Of a DNA stretch of 64,000 nucleotides, positions 56,491 to 64,000 are shown in pieces. The stretch lies in the NCBI RefSeq assembly GCF_009914755.1, contig NC_060937.1; one strand, given 5' to 3'. The translations under genes were made by a program, and so were the position numbers. The notes beneath the pieces were generated by a model. It ran no database searches, was not told where the DNA came from, and saw only the letters and a program-made list of their open reading frames with translations. The stretch's first letter is position 1. Each line of letters begins with the position of its first letter. The stretch is from the human T2T-CHM13v2.0 reference genome, Homo sapiens.

Positions 56491-57502
56491 TGTGTTCGTT
56501 TGCTAGAGCTGCGATGGCAAGTTACCACAAATTGAGTAGCTTAAGGAACAGAAATGTATTATCTCATAGCTGTGGAAGCTAGAAGTCTAAGATCAAAATG
56601 CTGACAGGGTTGATTTCTTCTGACAGCTGGGAGGGGAATCTGTTCCACTCTCCTCTCTTACTCTCTGGTGGTTTGTTTGCAATCTCTAGGGTTCCCTGCA
56701 TGGCAGATAATGCATCACTTTGATCTCAGCCTTCATCTTCATGTGGCATTTTCCCTATGTGTGTCTGTGTTAAATTCTTCCCTTTTTATGAGGACATTAG
56801 TCATATTTGATGAGGGGCCCACCTAATTCTAGTAGGACCACGTCTTAACTAATTACATCTTCAATTAATCTCTTTCCAAATAAGGTCATATTTGGAGGTA
56901 CTGTAAGTTAGGACTTGAAGAGGAGTAAAACATATGTTTTCTTTTACCTTTCTAGGTTTCTGGCTGGGGCTCTGTAACAAAACAGATTAACAAGAGAAAA
57001 ATAACCATGTAAGTCTACTTACATGTCTATTTCATATATAGAGAAGAGAAACAGGGATGAATAATAATTGAAAGGGGTCATTGAACTTGGATTTACCAAC
57101 TTGGGCTAACACAAAGGAAAGATGTTTTGGGTCTAGGGAAGCAAGTTGTAGGAAGGTGACCAGGAAAAGTATGATAAACAAGGGTATGATTTAAATGTTA
57201 TGCAGATTTAAGTCAGTGTCTTCTCCATTGATAAGAGTGTCTTGTGATAAACAGTCCTCCTTGTCTTCCTGGTATAAAGAGGGAGACACCCTTAAATGGA
57301 GATTTCCTTTATAGATGTAAATTTCCTTTATAAATGGAAACTTATGCTCTGTCTTTAGAGATTCTCTTGTGTCTGCTGTTTCTCAAAATAATTAGCTCAA
57401 AATAATTCTTATGCCAAAAAGGCATATTTTGGGGTGGCATATTCTGGTCTCCTACAGACTTCAGAATATGAATTTTGGGGTGACACGATTCAACCTATCA
57501 CA
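56491..57502 (-). mobile_element. MLT1C-like LTR interrupted by MER34A
   Basis: 'taccacaaattgagtagcttaa..aacagaaatgtatt', 'tttccaaataaggtca', end 'gacacgattcaacctatcaca'. Confidence 0.85.
56916..57456 (-). mobile_element. MER34A-type ERV1 solo LTR
   Basis: Ends 'ggcatattttggggtggcatattctggtctcctaca'; perfect 4-bp TSD GACT. Confidence 0.85.
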
Positions 57503-57649
57503 GAAACGTTCTCTATTGATAGTGGCAGTAAGTACACAGCTGCATACATTTGTCAAATCTCATCAAACTGTACACTTAAAAAGGTAAATTATACCTCAAT
57601 AAACCTGACTTTCAAATTACACATCAACTGACTTCACTTAAAAAAAAAA

Positions 57650-58220
57650 GGTTGCTCAGGTCTCTACTATATCCTGCTTGGACAACTGCAGAGGCTGCCA
57701 GTCTGATCTGTCTCCTTCAGTATCTTGTCCTACATCCAGGTCACTTCTCTGCTTAATACTTCTTTAGGTGCCAATTGTCCTCTGCATAAAGAACAATACT
57801 CCTTAACCTGGGACTCAGGGCTCATGTGACACTTTCATACTTCTCTAATCTTGTCATTTTTCAATGTTTGGCTAGCACATTCATTCACCAGTAACTGCCT
57901 GTGGCCACCTGTAACACACACACGTGCGTGCACACACACACACACACACACACATCCCATACCCCCCACCTCTGTTTCTTGCCTCAATGCCTTTGCTTTT
58001 GTACATACTTCTTTGCTAAAATGTCCTTCTCTTCTCTTTTTCTAGCCAAATTCTACTCATTATTTAAATATCAACTTTCTCTGACATCTCGCTCTTCCCA
58101 CTCCCAGGCTCAGTTAAGTGCCCTCCCCTGAACTCCCTAACCCTTGTGCAAAGTTCTATTTGTGCACTCACCACCATTTGATAATTACCTCATGTGTGTC
58201 ATTAGACTGAGTTGTTCAGT
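57650..58220 (+). mobile_element. L2 fragment with internal (CA)n at ~57914-57954
   Basis: 'atgcctttgcttttg', 'aaattctactcattatttaaatatcaact'. Confidence 0.6.
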
Positions 58221-58764
58221 GAGTATACCAGTACTTCAGCCCACTTGTAAGATATACTCCAAGCTAAGACTCCCCTCAAACTGCCAGCCTTCTACCTCTG
58301 AAGCTATAGTCACCCTTCCTTATTCTGTTCCAGGGTCTTCTCCAAAGCCATAGAAACTGGCCCCAAGAGAATGCCATGTAAAAACTTTCAACTAATGGGA
58401 GAAAAAAGTTTTCTTGCATTCCCTTTCACATTTCCCCACACCCACATGCCATGCTAATTCTGTTTATGTGGACAGTGCTGGGAGGCATTCTATATACAAT
58501 ACTGTTGAAGAACATGGAGCAATTCCTTATAAAAATAGATAGAAGTGTGCAGAGTCAAACCTACATTGTCTACAGAAGCAGTCTAGATGAAGGGGGATTT
58601 GTCTTCTCCCATTCTTCTCACTTCCTCCAATCCTGTATCCTGGTATCACCTCCCAGATAAATATTACACACAGTTGTTATAACTTCTTTTTGTAGTAAAC
58701 CTATTGGTATATAATATCTTTATGTGTTTGTTGTAAACTTTTAAAATTTAAAGTTTTTTTTCCG

Positions 58765-60485
58765 ATATTACTATATCTACCCTTGCTCTTTTTGGTTACT
58801 GTTTGCATGGAATACTCTTTTTCATCCTTTCAGTTTCAACCTATTTTCATCTTTGAATCTAAAGTGAGTCTCTTTTAGGCAGCATATAGTTGGATCATGC
58901 TTCTTAAATCCATTCTGCCCATCTCCATGTTTTGATTGGAAAGTTTAATGCATTTATAATTAAAGTTAATACTCATAAAGAAGGATTTACTTCTGTCATC
59001 TTTTGATTTATTTTTTATATGCTTTATAGATTTTTTGTCCCTCATTTCCTGCAAGACTATTATTTTGTGTTTAGTTGAGGTTTTTTTTTTGTAGTGAAAT
59101 GTTTAAATTTCTTCCTTGTTTTCTTTTGTATATATTCTTTAGCCATTTTCTTTGTGGTTATTATGGGAATTAACAACCAAAACTTATAACACTGTAATTT
59201 GAACATATACCAGCTTAACCTCAATAACATACAAAGATTCTGCTCCTTCAGCTCTGTCCCCACCCCTTTCACTTGTTAATGCTACAGAATTACATCTTTA
59301 CATACTGGGTGCCCCAAAACATAAACTAATAATTATTAATGCATTAGCCTCTTAAGTTATATATGAAACAAAATGTGAAGCTATAAACCAAAACTACAAT
59401 AATATTGCCTTGGCTAATAATTGCGGTTTTTAAAAAGTTATTAGCCTCTTAAATTACACAGAAAATAAAAAGTAGAGTTACACACTATTGTTACAATAAT
59501 ACTACCTTTTCCAATTTTTTATGTATTTACCTTTACTGGATATTTATGTATTCATATAGCTTCAAATTACTGTCTAGTGTCCTTTTATTTTAACCTGCCA
59601 GACTCCCTTTAGCATATCTTGTGAGACAAGTATAATTCACAAAATATTGACTGGTTTTCTTTTTCCCTTTGCTATTTGAATACATTAGCCCACTCTGACC
59701 CACAGAGTTTCTGATGATCATATGCTAATAATATTATAGAAAATTCCTTGTATGTGATGAATCACTTCTCTCTTGCTACTTTTAAGATTATTTGCTTTTG
59801 GCTTTCAACAGTTTGATTAAAATGTGTTTCAGTGTTGATTTCTTTGAGTTCCTTCTATTTGGAGTTTATTGAATATCGTGAATGTTTCTATTTGTGTCTT
59901 TCATCAAACTTGAGTTAAGTTTTGACTATCATTTGTTTCAAACAATTTATCTATCTTTTTCTCTCTCTTCTTCTGAGACTTCCAAAATGTGTGTGTTGGA
60001 TTGCTTGATGTTATCCCATGGGTTCCTTAAGCTCTGTTTACTTTTATTCAATCTTTTTTCTACTTCTCAGATTTGATCATTTCCATTGTCCTATCATTAA
60101 GTTTATCACTTCTTTCTTTCACCCACTCAAATCTGCTTTTGAATCCCTCTAGTAAATTTTTCATTTTTATTATTGTGCTTTTCAGCTCCAGAAATATTTT
60201 GTCTTTTTAGACTATCTATCTCTTTACTGGTATTTCCATTTTGTTCGTACATTATTTTCTGGACTTTCTCCATATCTTTAATATGGTTTTTTAAAACTCT
60301 TTTGCTAGTATAACTTTTATCAGGTTGTTTTCAGGGACAATTTCTGTTGATATATTTTTTCTTTGAATGGGTCATACTTTCCTGTTTCTTGGTGTGACTT
60401 GTTATTTTTTGTCGAAAACTGGATATTTGAATCTAATAGTTTGGTAATTCTGGAAATTACATTCTCCTACTTCACCATTCTTGGT

Positions 60486-60518
<33 letters not shown>

Positions 60519-60640
60519 ACTGTTACAGGCTGTCTCTGTACTGAGGATAAGCCTGAAGTGTACACTTAAAGTTTTCTAGCGCTTCTGTGACCCCGTGCCT
60601 TTTCCTGGGCATGTGTGGTGATCTTCTAATTTCTCCCAGA
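58765..60640 (-). mobile_element. Old L1M (ORF2 endonuclease start, ORF1, 5' region) with (TG)n at 60488-60516
   Basis: 'gttactgtttgcatggaatactctttttcatcc', 'aggcagcatatagttggatc', ORF1-like 'ccttgtatgtgatgaatcacttctctcttgct'. Confidence 0.8.
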
Positions 60641-61686
60641 TATCTGATACTAGAGGTACACTGGGGAGATTCTAAACTATTCAATTGTGCCTATGGCATG
60701 CATGGCAGAAATTACTAATTGATTTTGGCTGTCTTTGATACAGAACCCCAAAATGGCTTTAGAATTATTTCCAACACAATACTAGATTATTACCAATTCT
60801 ACCAAAGTTTTTATTCTAACTTTGATGTTTTTTAAATAAAACACTCCAAAGGATTTGAGTCATTTAAAAGCGCAAAGCAGACACTGTAGTACAATAGATG
60901 TTATTCTTTCTACTTCCTGCCCATATAGTCTTCCTCTTTAGCTTTCTTTTTTCCTTTTGTGTTTCTGTAGATGCTACTAACATTGAGATGACTATAATTT
61001 TTAATGATAAGCAGAAGATTTTTAAATTTCTTGCTCCAACATGAGAATCTACTCACTCTGGCTACTTGCTTGGTACATGGTAGTAAGGTTGCTATTTAAT
61101 AGCTTTTCCTGAATCTCTATATATTGAGAGTGTGTAATAGTCAACTCAAATTATTGCTTTTTAAATCTATTGTTCTCTATACCTAGAGATGAAATATCCT
61201 TTTTTTATATGTTAGCTTAATGTCATGCTGTGTTTCTGTAGCAATTATTTGTATGGAATTACCCGGTAATTTCACTATACTTTCCTTCAATGTAGACAGA
61301 AAAGATTATACCATCATTTCACAGTGTCTCTTTGATTTGTCACACTGGGCATTAGGAACTACTTTTGGAAAAAAAAGCAATGAAGCAAAATTGTTTCTCT
61401 TTTCAATAGAAAAATTCTGTTTAAGGAAATAAAAGTATTTTCCTTATGATAACAGATGAAAAAATATACCTGTCTCACTGCTGGTAAACTCTTCCAAGAT
61501 TAGAAGGTGCCTCTTTTCAACGTGACTGGCATATGAATAGAAGGTGTGGAAGCCATTGCTATTGGCAGGGGAAATCAAAGATTTGGCATTATGGGTTTTC
61601 CTGCATTTCACAATAATTTCAGTGTCTGGGGGCTAGTTCCTGGGAATTTAGCCTCTACTCTAGGAAAAGGTATGGGTGAAGATGCT

Positions 61687-61707
61687 GGGGGGTGGGGTGG
61701 GGCGGGG
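61687..61707 (+). other. Canonical G-quadruplex-forming motif / GC-GT boxes
   Basis: GGGGGG-T-GGGG-T-GGGG-C-GGGG. Confidence 0.6.
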
Positions 61708-61819
61708 CTACTTTCCATTGTAGCTACTTGGAGGAGAGAGGGACATTTGGCAAATTCCTGCTAAATGTCAGGAGCTTTACAGCCATTATTTTTCTTGGTC
61801 TTTTCAATAATTTCGCAGA

Positions 61820-61950
61820 AAGTATTATTTTTTCCAGATGAGAAGACTGAGGCTCAGAAAGATTAAGCAATTGTTCCAACTGCCCATATTTAAACAGAGG
61901 TTGCATTGTAATTAAAATGAGGTCTGGATCATAGCTAAACATCCCTTCAG
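61820..61950 (-). mobile_element. MIR
   Basis: 'ttccagatgagaagactgaggctcagaaagattaagcaattg'. Confidence 0.75.
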
Positions 61951-63374
61951 TTTAACTAAAATTTTGCATGAATCTTTTAATCTTTCATTGATAACCATCT
62001 CCAAATGACTATTCATGACTAATCTTGGCTTAGCATAGTACTGCTACAGTGCTTTCTCACTTATTCTCATAGCCTGACTACAGATTGCAAAGTCAAGTAC
62101 TCTTTCCCCACTCTTGACAATCCATTCATCTCCTGTGAGTATGGATTTAGTGACACCTAATGTCTTGAGAGCTTGGGGGGTCAAGGAGAGGTCTGCCCTT
62201 CAATTGTCTTAAGCCAGAGTGGCGAAGAAAGAGATCTGGTGCCGGGCCATACTCCCCAGTCTCTCTCAGCACGTCCCATGACTTTTTCTAATATCCACTG
62301 CTGTCTTTCCATTCTAGAAAAGAGAAAGATGATCCAAGTATCTGTATGGAAAACCTAAGGCATTGGGGGTCTCCTGGGAGTCTGAAGCAAGAGGACTGAG
62401 ATACCCTCAGAGGTATTGAGGTACCCTCAGTAAAGGGCAGCAAGACATGACTCCTGAGGAGAGTGGAAAAGCCAATGTTTATTCTGGCTGCCTTCAATTC
62501 AGTCATTGCATTCCACATCTCTCTCAGGCCTTCCTAAGGTCCCAAATGTGGACAAGTGTGGTATGAATAATCTGTATGACACTAAATATTTCCTTTATCC
62601 AGGATGGGGCAAAGAGGAACTTTATATAAATAAATATCAAGGGGAAGTGGTAACATAGTTAACAAATGGCAGCTAAGTTACTTTCTGATGACTGCCCAAG
62701 GTCTCTCAAAGTACCATTTCTGCAAAGCATGTTGTTGTAATCAGCCTTCTTGGATTAATGCTCAGAGGCAGTAAACAAAACACAAAATAAAAAAATATAT
62801 ACATGACAAGCAGCTGGCTAGTACCATCTAGTGGTAGCAAAGAAGCAATAACTTTTAAAATGACCTTTTAAAATGCGGAAAGGGGGAGACTGAAACCATC
62901 CATTCCTTTCTGGGGACATGAATGGTTTACCACGAAGGTGTAGAGCTTCATTTTTGTCCATGGGAGCTGGAGAGTGGCTCAATGCCAGGACGCTTTTCAG
63001 AGAGAAGACAGCTGAGAGAGATTGAGCTGCATTTCGAGATGGGCTTATTTCAATGCCTGAGATAGGGGCACATAAAATTGCACACATAGCTCATTTTCTG
63101 TTTGGTTGTCTCTTGTGGGAAGGAATGGTGCTGCTGATCTCTGGGAGAGTTTGGGGGTTTCCTGAAAACCAGCTACTTTGTTTATAAACATTGCCATTCA
63201 AAATCCAAGTCCTGGATAAAACTCTGGCTGTGGCAATTGGTTTTGGAGACTTTGTTGTTTGTGACACCTGCCTCCTTGTATCTTAGGCAGAGTTTCAGAG
63301 CAGCAAATGCTTGCATGACATTTCTCCAAAGGATTTTAGTTGATGATCTGCATTCCACTGAGCAAATAATTATC

Positions 63375-63600
63375 ATTGCTATGGTTTATTCAATACCTAC
63401 TGTGTGCCAGGTACTGTGGTGAGCCTTTTAGCTGCATTGGCTAATATGATTCTCAAGACCATTTTGAGGCAGGTATTCTTTGTCTCATTTATATAAAAGA
63501 GAAGTGGGGCTCAGAGAACTCATATGACTTGCCCAAGATCACAGAGGTCATGGAGGTCGTGCTGGGAGTCACTCGCACGGGAAGGTATCTGACAGCCACT
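63375..63600 (-). mobile_element. MIR
   Basis: 'cctactgtgtgccaggtactgtg', 'gggctcagagaa..tgacttgcccaagatcacagag'. Confidence 0.78.
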
Positions 63601-64000
63601 GTGGAGGATGAACTTACAGCTTCAGCACCTTCCCTATCCTCAGAAAGCTTATGATATTTTTAGGAAGGTAGGACATGCACAAAAATAGAAATATACCATG
63701 AGGGCCTGTGCAAGATGGTTATGTTTCTGGAGATTGCTGACAAGGCTATTGAGTCTAAGAGACAGGCTGAGACGTCAATTCCCCTATCCCCATATGAATA
63801 GGCAGCCAAGCCACCCAGAATCATTCGCAATCTCTCCTTCCTCATTGAATGATGTTTAAATGTGCCTGACTTGTTGATCATCAATGAGGTGGCACCTGCT
63901 GGAGTAAGAAAATGTTGTGATCAAGAAGATGGATCTGGTGCCAGGACAAGGTGGACTAGAGTAAAGATTCTGGGGTCAGGGAGATTCATTAGGAGGAAGT

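Larger units (their letters stand above)
56085..57610 (+). mobile_element. L1MC/L1ME 3' end interrupted by MLT1C and MER34
   Basis: 'ggaaacaaaccaaatgt', 'ttgtggtacatccatgc'; resumes 'acatttgtcaaatctcatcaaactgtacacttaaaa...tacctcaataaa'. Confidence 0.78.

Noticed and set aside
62395-62430. Short repeated/inverted TACCCTCAG motif
   Set aside because: Too short to distinguish from chance

Overview
Primate (catarrhine, most likely human) non-coding genomic DNA: AT-rich, CpG-depleted, with no CpG island and no recognisable protein-coding exon or RNA gene. The window is dominated by interspersed repeats: about 13 Alus (AluJ/S/Y), one near full-length but inactivated L1PA7/8-type LINE-1 (~35.1-40.7 kb, minus strand), old L1M/L2/MIR fragments, about 22 solo LTRs (MaLR MST/MLT1, ERVL, ERV1 MER34/57/66/72-like, often nested and with visible TSDs) and several DNA-transposon fossils (MER33, MER97, MER104, MER53 x2, MER5A, Tigger4b). 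The ORFs with recognisable homology are all Alu- or L1-derived. The most notable structure not explained by repeat families is an ungapped 229-bp inverted duplication (2537-2765 / 4075-4303, ~93% identical) around a 1.3-kb spacer. A tight cluster of three TCF/LEF motifs at 5524-5570 is the best regulatory candidate. I see no convincing evidence of a new multi-gene system. Subfamily names are recalled from consensus sequences and need RepeatMasker/Dfam confirmation; boundaries without TSDs are approximate.
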